A stretch of 64,000 nt of DNA, from assembly GCA_046563655.1 (NCBI GenBank), contig CM102290.1, positions 11,966,001-12,030,000 on the forward strand, read 5' to 3'. Under the pieces are notes generated by a model, which did no database searches, had not been told where the DNA came from, and saw nothing but the letters and a program-made list of their open reading frames with translations. The position numbers and the translations under genes are program-made. Within the stretch, counting starts at the first letter, position 1, and each line of letters begins with the position of its first letter. Shown here in pieces: positions 53,270 to 64,000 of this stretch. This stretch comes from Yuukianura sp. NJ FZ-2021 (Eukaryota).

Positions 53270-54216
53270 CTAAAGCACAGAGTACCAACTATCAAATAAG
53301 GATTGCTGACATTGGTGTCATGTTATTTGGACAATTATGATTGATATTTCTTGAGTGCTTACGGGACCCAATGGATGATTCCCTTCCATCGTAATGTCAC
53401 AACTAGCGACACTTTTAGAGAGTGAAGTGATAGAGACGAATTCAACAAGAGATCCGAAGATCCGATCCAACTCCGTCGCAGAGTAAAGTTTTACTTGTTC
53501 ACCGGCAAGTTAGTCGTAGCAAAGTCTTCTCGAAACGAAAAAATCTCAACAATGATCCTGTAAATTGAATAAATCAAGATTAGAAGATGAAGATGGTAGA
53601 AATACACTCAACAAGAAGGTCAACGTTATAACGAACAGCAAATGAGGATGACTTTTGCCGTGTACAATCAGCTGATGATTTGTTGACATAAGGCAAAAAC
53701 AGGTGAGTGTACTCCTGGGTTGTACCCATTTTTGTTATTCTTGAAATCAGTAGTTAATAAGAAAATGATCAATAACTACTCCAGTACGTTTTCATTTTAA
53801 GTGTTTGATTAATTCGTTAAGTTAAGCAACTTAATACAAAATTCGAAATGTACGACTCCAGGTAAATTAATTAGGGTGATAATGCAACAAAATAGACGTT
53901 TATTTTACAAACATCAAAAACATTAGTTTTTGTCAATTTTGATCCAATAACGATTCCACTAAACATTCACACAGTCATGAAACTTCTCCATTCCATCTTT
54001 CAGATGGATCTGGCTAAGGTGAATGACCTGAAAATGCACATGACCTTACGAAAACGGGTGTCACTAGTAGAGGAGAGTTTAAACCGGGGTTGCCACATTT
54101 AGTGTCACCTCTCTTGACATGATCGAGAGGCGCTTAATTTTGTTCCTAAAGGACGAGTAGTGCTTATTGATTACTTACTATAGAAGATTAGATTTTGTAG
54201 AGTTTGTGTACCTGTG

Positions 54217-57200
54217 CTACTTGTCAACTGAAACACCCTGAAAGAGCTGAGGTTCTGAGCTTAGCTTGTCTCTTACATGTTCCAACGTATTCAGAAAATG
54301 CTTATTAATTTGCTCACTCTCGTCACTGTGTTCTAAGTTGGGAATTTCGTCCCTGATCTTGTCAATGATTTGATTTACTAATGGAATCGTTATTTCCTCG
54401 TTCCCCTTTTCTAGAAAATACAAGTAGTGGTTGAGGAGTTCAATGAACAGTTGAACTTGAACCATTGGATCCATGCACTGACTCCCGATTTTCACACCTT
54501 TCTTCAGTGCTTCCAGGACACGTTTTCCATTCCGAGTCTATAAAATATTACAGTCATGCAATTTAGACAATTTTGGGAAATCATTTTAAAAGTTAACAAA
54601 TCAGTACGTACCGGTTCTCCGTTTGTCATTAGCGATTTTCCAGACCAAAACAAATGTGCGCAGGTTCCTACGGCTCGGCACTGATCAGGCTTCTTTAGAA
54701 GCTTGGAAGCTGCAAGGGCACATTGAGCCCTCAAAGGCTCGTGATTCTCTTCGCCAAAACAGCCCATCTTCTCTACTGTACCGATTATCAATGTAATGGC
54801 CGCCAATTGTGCTTTGCTATCCGATATTTCATCCTCATAAAGCGAAAATGCCTGTTTCAAAAAAGACATTAGAGGGTTTAACGATGAATTTGTACTAATG
54901 CATCATTTGACAATTTTAGTTGAAGTTAGCTGACCTGTGACATGAACTCGTACGCTATGCTCTCTTGGTTTTCAAATTGGATTTGACTGATGGCAAGGGC
55001 ACCTTGCAGAAAAAGTCGTATCGGAAGTTCAGCCAGTTCTGCTTTGGTAAGCGCCACTATCGTTCCATGGCAAAATTGAAATATTTTCTGGCACTTCTTC
55101 TCCCACTTATCGTCCTGTTTTCCCAAAAAACGAGTAAAAATTAGTTGAAAATAACAGCATTGAGCTAACACGAATTATGCTGAAATCAGTTGGGTTTGCA
55201 TGATAAGAATTCGTAACTTACGTCGTCTCTCATCCGTTCATACTTAAATGCGAGCTGATAGGCCGAGAAAACAACCGGTGGGAGAGTAAAGGGGATTCGT
55301 TTATTCCCGCCCGCTCCAAGGTGCTTCCGTGCAGTATTCAGTATCAAATACTGCTCATCCGGTTCATCAGATGACAGAAGATGAAGAAACCTGCGAATTG
55401 GCAACATCAACAATTTGTCAAAACTTATAATTATAGCAATTGCGGCAGCAGGTTTATGCAATACCTTCCAAGCAAACTCTGTTCCTCAGCGAAATCTTCC
55501 GGATCTTGTGGCTCCGGTGGTTGGTCTGCCTGGTCTTGTATGAGAGCCGAGAGAAGCCCGAGTACGAAATCAGTCTGCTCATGCGTCCCAATCAGTGTCT
55601 CATTCTCCAGGGCATTGTTGATCAAGTAGATTCCAATTCCCTTCCGACCTTCAAAGTCCATAAAGTCCAAGAGATTCCCATAATTTTCAAGTCTGAGGAG
55701 GGTTATTATATCGTTGTAGCAATCGACCGGGATTTGAAGAAGCTTGAACAGCTCCCTCCCAACAGGCGATTGTTGTCCAATTCGCTCCAAGTTGAACTTA
55801 TTGAAGATCTCAGCAGTTTTGCCGAGCACTTTGTCGATGTAGTCTACCCGTTCGGGGTAAACCTTGTAGGCCAGATTGATGAGGGAGACTTGAAGGGCAA
55901 CGATGTCTTCGGACGCCATGTTGGGCTTAGACTGCAAAAATAATTCAAAAACACACATAGTTATTAGTATGCAACGCCACAATTATTTTCATAGTTAAAT
56001 GCTTGGAGGTTCAGTAAAAGTCGAATTAATAAAGTTTTTGAATTACCAGAATGATTTGTGCTACTTGGTCAGAGAAAATATCAAAGAGTTGTAAATCCGT
56101 TGGTATCGTGCCACCTTCGTCCTTGGTCTTCTGTGTATAAATTGCCAGTCGATCGATAAGGGCAATGATAATATTCTTAACGTTAACGCCTCCCTGAAGT
56201 TCAGCACACGCCCGCAAAAAGGAATGGAGCGTTATGAGATGAAATTCGTCAGGAAATACTTGAATGATGCACTCCATCAAGTATTCTTGAGCAATTGCAT
56301 CCCGACAACTCACGACTTGCTCCAGTAAGCTTGGCATAACCACCTATGACAAAAAGTAAATGTTAGAAAATAGGAATACCAGGACTGCGCTGATTGTCTC
56401 ATCTGTGTCAAGGGACGTTGCAGTACCTTGGTGTATTTGTCAATATCGATGCACTCCAGTTGAGACAGTCGAACAAGATTGGTGCCCACGAGAATCCTCA
56501 GATCTTGCCTCTCCTTTTCCCGTCTGTCCTTGTCCCTCGTGTGACCTTGATGCTGCATGCGCACCCACAGTTTGTTCATCTCAGCAAAGTTCATAAGAAC
56601 AAAATCGATGGAGTCTTGAACCTAAAATGACATGCAAACACGGATCATGAGAAACATATCCTTCGTGTCAAACAGAAATTTGGATGTTATGCCTTACTGT
56701 GCCGCCAGCATTTGGATCGTCTGGCTCTAGCCCCTCGTTGTCCAGAACATCCGGAAGGATGTTCCTTGTGCATTGAAGCAGGTAGTTTCGCAGAAAAAGT
56801 CCACGTAATGGATGTTGTACACCACGGCACATTTCCACCATGTCTTTCAGAACATCACGACACAGAACTGGTTTAGTTTTGATATAAACCAGGCCCACGG
56901 TAATCAACAGATACCTATATTTATAAAATTGAGATCAAGTAATGAAAAATGTAATACAAGTAGTGGTAAAAATAACAATGTACTGTTGCCTTACAATCTG
57001 GGCACAATATTGCCAGCATACTGAACCAACTCGTACAAATCTGATACTTGTCTTCCTTTTTGGAATTCGTCGACTAAGTAGAGCTCTAGATGTCGAAGTT
57101 CATCTGTGACTGCCATGTCTATAAAGCAAAAACAAATCATAATTGAATTTTCTACGTCATCATGCCTTGCTTTCGTCGACGATGAAAATCAAATCTAAAA

Positions 57201-57549
57201 GAACTCAAATTCTGACTTACATAGTTCGTAGTAGCTTTTCGGTGACAACATCGATGTTCTCAGTTCACCTAGCATTGTGGAAGCATGTTTGAGTCCATCC
57301 ATCAATCTTGACTTGTCCAGACATCGTTTCATTTGAAATGCCTGAACTTTGACAATTCCCATGGCTTCGTCCAAGAGCTTGTCTTGATCGTCCGCAGCAG
57401 TTGAGGCAAAGGCTGCTTGGGTCATTATTGGCTGTATAGAAACCACAGGGTAAATTAATACACGAACATTCGATTGCTGTAACGTTCTTTTTAAGAAAAT
57501 CCCAATATGATTGCCTTTTCACATATGTATCTGTGTTGTTGCTTACCAT
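54217..57549 (-). CDS. VPS35: Vacuolar protein sorting 35 (retromer subunit)
   Basis: ATG-only first coding exon (57549-57547), then DQDKLLDEA...[78 protein letters not shown]. Confidence 0.97.
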
Positions 57550-58704
57550 GTCGGAATACTTACAGTTGCACTGATACTTTCAGATTCAGAGTCGTTTATT
57601 TACACGTTTGACACTTGACAGGAAATGACAAAAAATACTCCAGTTATTCCGGAGTTTCCGGAGAGGAGTTTTCTCTATTTATCACTCACTCATGTCCAAT
57701 GCTGGTGCGCAAATCCGCCCCCACTCAACCAGGCGCTCCAAGGTTCGGTGAGTTCCGTCCTTTTGTCTGTCCGATTAGAAAGTTTAAATTCGGTAAAATT
57801 TTAGTTCTAATTTCGTTGAATTAAACTTCATTTTTGAGCGATTGAAAACATTAACTTTGAACTGTAGTATGTTTCTCGTATATAAAGCACCTCGAAATAA
57901 GAATTTTTAATTACGCTCCTAACTTGTCCATTGTCAAGATTAAAAAAGTCTGAACATCCTAAATTCGTTTGGAAATAAAAAAAAATGTTAACGAAAAAAT
58001 TGATGCAGCTCTTTATATGGAGATTATAATGCTACACCACAAAATCTTTTTCGGTTTCTAACTAAAAATGCTCTCTTTTTTTTATAGTTAACACAAATTA
58101 GCACAAGTACTAGGCTTAGACTCGAGTCGACGATAATAGATAGGATAATTATTTTAAGGTATTAAGTTAAGTTAAATTAAGAAATTCTGATGTCCGCTCG
58201 GGATTTGGATACCTCTGTGTGAAAGAAATATCCGATGCAGTAATACATAAATTCGTTTGGTTGCGGTAATCCATGGAAGATAGGCCAGACACACATAAGC
58301 ATTTTGCTATGCATAAAAAGTTAAGTCCATAAGATCACATCTTTCATGTCATTAATCCCTACTCATCTTCTCATCTTCATCTCTACATTAGCAGCTCCAA
58401 CTATAGACTGGGATGATTAGTGGTGATGATGACTCATTCTCAAGGGCATGGGCTTGTTACAGCACAGTAAAACTCACATTTTCAATTGAATGAATCAATT
58501 GTTTAGGTTTACGTGTAGGAATTTGTGTTGTATAAGTCAAAGAGGTCAAACGAAAAGGAGAGGTCAACAACCACTTTTGGCTTTTGTATTTTAGGTACTA
58601 AAAAAAATTTTTTAGTAAAAAATGTGTTTTTTACTTTTGTCTTTTAATAAATAACAAAATTAAAACTTTTGGAATGAAAAATATTGGAATGTTGAATTCG
58701 GACG

Positions 58705-60157
58705 CTATTTGGTGGGCAAATACAACTTCTCAGCTCTGACCAATTCATCATCGCGTTGTAGACGAAATATTTCCTTCACCGGCACAATCTAAGTCACAGA
58801 ATAATTAGTGCGTCGGTTAGTTTTCAGAAGAAAATGAAGAACTTATACAGAGCAAACTTAACTTTTTCATAAAAGATGAAAGATTAACTTGTAATGCCAA
58901 GTTTTTAAAAAACGAAATGTCTTTAAACTTACCGAATCTTGTACATCCACCAAATGTTGATTTCTGAAAATGTTGGACGAAACCCACTGCATCGCTTTGA
59001 CTGAAGCGCGGAGGTTGTGATTGGCCCAAATCACAAGACTGACACCCATCTGAGCTAATTCTCGCGTGGGAGTTTTGAAATAATTCGTCGGTACAACAAT
59101 GACAGGACCCTGTTGAATGAAGCACCAAATTTTCAAAAATCATGAAAGCGTTTTTTACACCGTTTTTTTCTAGGAAAGATTTTAATGTTCAAAATCAAAA
59201 ACCTGATTCTTCCATGCTTTCATGAAGGCTGCAATATCCGATGGATCTGACTTTTTGCTGTGCATGAGAATAGCGTCTGCGCCGGCATTCCGATAAGCTT
59301 CTGCCCTGCGCAGAGCCTCATCTAAACCCCAGCCAGCAATGAACGCCTCAACGCGTGCTACGACAACAAAATCAGGATCCACTTGATGGTCTTTACATGC
59401 CTACAGAAGTAAACCCATATTAAAATTTTGGCAAAAGTTTTTCAAAAAGTGCTGATTTTGTTTTTAAAAAACGTTTTTGTTATGTTACCTTGATTTTCAA
59501 AGCAAACTCCTCTACATCGGCTAACGGTTGTTTCCGATCATCCAGCAACGAATTCGTCTTCGGAAATAATTTATCCTCGAGACAACATCCTTGAACCAAG
59601 TAAAAATCAAAATTGCATTTTTTTTTGTGAAATCACAAAATTTTTGACACTTTCAAAAAATTTTCTTATTACCCGCTACTCCAATTTTCTCTAACTTGTG
59701 AACCAGTCTTCGAGCATTGTTGAAGTTGCCATATCCCGTATCAGCATCCAATAAAATTGGAATTTCAGTAGCATCCGCCATAAACTCCAAAACTGACACC
59801 ACTTCCGTCCAGGAAGCTTCGTTGCTATCTCGAACCCCCAGTTGAGCAGAAATTGACAACCCACTACCCCAGATTCCCTTGAACCCTAAAATTTAACATA
59901 AGACATAAACTGAAACAAATATTTCAAAAGTTGTTATACCATTGACCTTTGACCTCCTTCCGTATTCTTCCATTCCCAAACTCACCCGCTTCTTCTACAA
60001 TCCTAGCTGAGATTCCGGAGTGAGCCTCCATGATAAATTCCAATTTGTCCGAAACAAGCATTTGCTTTAGTTGCGTCGTTTTCTTGACAGTTGACATACG
60101 TCGAGACAATACGCCAAATGACACGGGTGAGTAGATCTGCTTCAATGTCGACAACAT
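58705..60157 (-). CDS. pepM: Phosphoenolpyruvate phosphomutase (PEP mutase), 314 aa
   Basis: Six exons (60157-59986, 59885-59673, 59589-59489, 59400-59203, 59109-58933, 58788-58705; 945 nt). Motifs: [40 protein letters not shown], the diagnostic [27 protein letters not shown] and [10 protein letters not shown]. Confidence 0.95.
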
Positions 60158-60692
60158 TTTAAACTCAAAATTTCGAACTCAAAAACCCTGAAAAATTTCG
60201 ACCTCTTCTTATAAATCTGTTTCCGGTGAAACTTTATTCAGTTGGTATACCACTCAAGATGTTGCTTCGAACTAACTTTCTGCTTCGGACAATCTACAGG
60301 AAAGTCCTTTAGCATTGCCCACTAAAAGTTTCTAGACAGTGGTAAAATGCTAACAGTTAAGTTTATTGTTTAGAAATTAATGACACAATGAAAATTGAGT
60401 CTTAAAAAACAAAAAGATAATGGGTTACGAAGTGTATAGGGTTTCATTGTAGTCTAGTCTTCCCCTTCCAGGGAACCAGACATGTCATGTGTCATTACAC
60501 AAGTCCAGAGGACATGCCCACTCGCTGGACACCCCGATTCGGAGAAATTGCACAAGGGGTGAGCTTCCCGTCAAAAGCTAATACTACAACATCTATAATT
60601 CTAAAGCATACTCACTCATTCATTGGAAACAGAAAAGAGGAATTATTTTTATTGCACGATACCAATAAGAAGAGAAACATTTAGCAGACGCT

Positions 60693-61155
60693 GACATAAT
60701 TCAATAGCAGACATGATTTTGGTAGCGGTAAGCACGGAAACATGCGTTTCTTGAAAAAAAAAAAAAAACAAGAAATGATTTGTCCACTCAAGAGGTTCGC
60801 ATTTTCTTCTTCCTTTGCTCTCTCAGTTGAATTTTTGAGAGAAAATAAATAATTTCTGAAAAAAAAGTGAAAATTGCTTGAAATTAATTGAATTAAAAAT
60901 TCTCAGCTAAAAGCGTCAATTTCGAATACAAAATGAGTATGAGAGAAAGTTCGCTTTATTTATGTTCTGACATGCGTTAAATATCATTTATTTTTCTTGT
61001 TCGTTTTTTTTTTCATTCTTTTTCAACGAATTTTTTATTAAAAATTGGCACGCTTCAGTAACTACCAACTACTTTGTGACAGGACGTTTAGATTCCATTG
61101 GTAGTGTAGAAAGTAGCGTTTATGTAACAGATATCAATGTCATTCTACGATTGTA
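60693..61155 (+). repeat. Direct repeat copy A (upstream region of EcKL gene)
   Basis: GACATAATTCAATAGCAGACATGATTTTGGTAGCGGTAAGCACGGAAACATGCGTTTCTTG...ATGTCATTCTACGATTGTA aligns by eye with 63567-64000. Confidence 0.9.
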
Positions 61156-61357
61156 TTCTCAAGGTTAACATTAGGTAACTCGTGTCAAGTGGAACTCAAT
61201 TGAAGATTTGATTCAAATAGGCTCTCGTCAGTTTTGTACAGTAAGTTTCCCTTGAAACATCACGTTCACGAAAAGTTTCTTGGACATTTTTATCATCCAA
61301 ACTTGTACTAAAATTTTTCTTTTTCTTGGTTGAGCTTTGAGTAATTTGAAATTCGAA

Positions 61358-63335
61358 ATGACGGGAGTCGCTAAAGATTTAGTGGAGTTCTACACCGAAA
61401 TTTTACGGAAGAATGGAATAACTGATGAAATTAAGGAAGTGACCGTAAAAGTGCCCGAATTGGCGGGAGAGCAATATGCAAGTCAATGTACGGAAGTAAC
61501 AGTTCATTTTGTGAACAAGGATGTACCACCACTGGAAATCTTTGTTAAAAATACAACCGCGAATGAACAATATGCGAAGCAAATGGAAGACGTTTTGATG
61601 TTTGAAAAAGAAGCCCAATTTTTTAGCTCACTTCTTCCTGATGTTCTTGAATTTGCCGAAAAGCATCACGGGTATGACGGAGAAATTATTAGAAAATTTC
61701 ATTTTGATACTATTTAGTTGTAAATTTTCGAAATATTGTTGTTTTGCTTAATACAGAAACAATGGTTCCCTGAAAAGCCTTTTCCCAAAATGCTATCTCG
61801 CTACGCATGACACTGCCATTTTTAAAAATTTGGTTCACAGTGGATACACCAAGCTAAGCAGATTCACGCCACATGATCTCCATACGGCAGAGTAAATTAG
61901 ACTTATTTATTTATAAAATAAATATGGAAATGTGAAAAATATGGGAATTATTTCTTCGCTGCTTTTGTTCGTAGATTAGTGATAGCAAATTTGGCTAAAT
62001 TTCATGGGACGTTCCGAGCTTATATTCAATCAATCGGAGAAGAGACGTTCAAAGCCAAATATTCGCATATCAGTTCGCGTAACGTTTGGTTGGAAGAAGG
62101 AGAGTTAATCAATGGAACCTGGATTCAACAAGCTGTTGAAGGAGCGATACAAATATTGACGGTAAACTAATAATGAAACTAAGTGTAATACCGAGCGTCC
62201 TAAAGTGAGGTGAAGATTAGCTCTCTATCACTCTATCGCTGTCCGTTCTCGAGATATTTTTCAAAATTTTATTTAATAAAATTTTTTCCAAACATTAGAA
62301 AATTTCGTTTTACTTGGACGTGAAAATTTTGCCCCTAAAAATAGGTTGTGATCCTCCTACGGCTCACACCGTAGAAGTTCTAAGGAATGTTCAAGTTTTG
62401 ACAAAAGAAAACCATGTTCTTATTTCTTTATGTTGTTGTTTTCAGCGTAAGCCTACGAATGGGTCCGAAGAAGTTTTGGAATTTTTCAAGAAATATGAAA
62501 CCAAAGCCATGCTGAAAATTTGTCCTTTGTTTTACCTCAACAATCTGCGGTGTTCCGTAGTGTTAAGTCACGGGGATTTCTGGAATGGAAATATGATGTT
62601 TACTGTTAACTCAGAGACCAACCTTCCTCAAACGTGTGTTTTTCTTGACTTCCAGGTAAGTTATTAAAAAAGTAAGAATTATTTTAAGTTTTCAACAAAT
62701 TATGATTCTTTTTTTTAATTTTTTAATTCCTAGACTATCAACCTTTCAACTCCGGCACAGGATTTGATTTTTTACGTTTTCTTTGTAATGGACGCGGAAG
62801 TACGAAAAAGGAACTGGAAGCGTTTACTTAGCTTTTATTACGAACAAGTTCAGCAAGTAATGAGTCAGTACGGACAGAAGATTCAATACAGCCTCAGTGT
62901 AAATTTCCAATTTCTTTGTCTTTTAGTCCATGTCCTGCCTAGTTTTACACATTATCTTCTTATTTCTGCTCTTTTTGTTTTGAAAAAAATTTTAAACGGG
63001 AGTAGCCGACTAGGCTTGGTTGCTTTGGAGGCACTACTTTCTTCCAAGAACGGTGCATAACAATATTTTTTCATTTTTAGGACTTGACATACGACTTTTG
63101 TACCAAAAGTGTGGCTGGATTCTTCTTCGGTTTGTATCCAATATTTGGATTCGAAGCTTTGGAAAATGTTGGAGGTGTTCAAAATTCAGATGGAAATGCA
63201 CTGGAAAATCTTTCCGCTACCATGAGCAACTCACTGGACAAACTCATGGACACACGCGGAACAGAATTTTCAAAAAGTATTGTTAAAATGTACAGAGAAT
63301 ATCAAGAGATTGAAAAATATTCACAAGATGATTGA
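61358..63335 (+). CDS. Ecdysteroid kinase-like (EcKL/DUF227) small-molecule kinase
   Basis: Six exons (~61358-61671, 61757-61891, 61975-62161, 62446-62654, 62734-62897, 63081-63335). Motifs: GEQYAS, IFVK, FEKEAQFF, FPKCY, LAKFHG, LSHGDFWNGNMMF, FLDFQ, PAQDL, LLSFYYE. Confidence 0.9.
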
Positions 63336-63566
63336 ACAATGAAACATAAGCGACATATACTGCAGCCTAATTTTAAACATAATTTTTGACGTAATTGTAG
63401 CCTTCACATCCTCTCTTCCAATACAAACCCATTCAAAATAATTCTTAATAAACACTAATAATAAAATAATTATAATAATAAAATACTTATTACCATTATT
63501 TATTAATATTTAAAACTGTATTACCATTACTTATTAAAAGAATAATAATAAAATACTTATTTTAGA

Positions 63567-64000
63567 GACATAATTCAACAGCAGGACATATTTTGGTAGC
63601 GGTAAGCATGGAAACACGCGTTTCTTGAAAAAAGAAAAAATGAAATGATTTGTCCACTCAAGAGGTTCGCGTTTTCTTCTTTTTTTTGCTCTCAGTTGAA
63701 TTTTTGAGAGAAAATAAATAGTTTTTGATAAAAAGTAAAAATTCTTTGAAAGAAAGTGAATGAAATTTTCCGCTAAAAACGTCAGTATCAAGTACAAAAT
63801 GAGTATACGAGAAGTTCGCTTTATTTGTGTTCGGACACGCGTTAAATATCATTTGTTTTTCTTGTTCGTTTTTTTTCTTTTTTTTTTACGAATTTTTTAT
63901 TAAAAATTTGCATGCTTCAGAAACATGACGTTTTGATTCCACTGGCAGTATAGAAAGAAAGCGTTTATCTAACAGATATGAATGTCATTCTACGATTGTA
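63567..64000 (+). repeat. Direct repeat copy B (runs off window end)
   Basis: GACATAATTCAACAGCAGGACATATTTTGGTAGCGGTAAGCATGGAAACACGCGTTTCTTG...ATGTCATTCTACGATTGTA is a diverged copy of 60693-61155, offset 2874 bp. Confidence 0.9.

Noticed and set aside
53071..53299. ORF-track entries 53071-53295(-) and 53078-53299(+)
   Set aside because: Shadow frames of the real TRIAP1 exon, which is in another minus-strand frame.
58705..60157. pepM as bacterial contamination or isocitrate/methylisocitrate lyase
   Set aside because: It has five canonical introns and host-like flanks, and [10 protein letters not shown] replaces the K(K/R)CGH motif of the lyases.

Overview
Gene-dense, AT-rich eukaryotic DNA with many short GT-AG introns (typically 55-90 bp). 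The gene set (EcKL kinase, sigma GSTs, DUF4789-like protein, Oatp, Vang) points to an arthropod, and a springtail-like hexapod is my inference. By hand-splicing I can support 18 coding loci. In order: an uncharacterised Gln/His/Pro-rich protein, ceramide glucosyltransferase, fumarase, a fungal-style class-3 lipase, a bacterial-type DUF5077/DUF3472 gene with one intron, a small THAP-domain gene, two tandem sigma GSTs, an OATP transporter, a divergent Vang/Strabismus, a secreted Cys-rich protein, LPGAT1, an orphan two-TM mucin-like protein, a small TRIAP1/Mdm35 gene missed by the ORF track, Vps35, PEP mutase and an EcKL kinase. Repeats include a ~2.4 kb 59-bp satellite, a degenerate minisatellite, two intronic hairpin elements and a ~450 bp direct repeat flanking the EcKL gene. 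The most striking item is an intact six-exon phosphoenolpyruvate mutase gene ([10 protein letters not shown] motif), the gateway enzyme of C-P bond (phosphonate) biosynthesis, with a putative mitochondrial presequence. Next is a lipase/DUF3472/THAP island that looks horizontally acquired. All family assignments are from motif recognition, not database searches.
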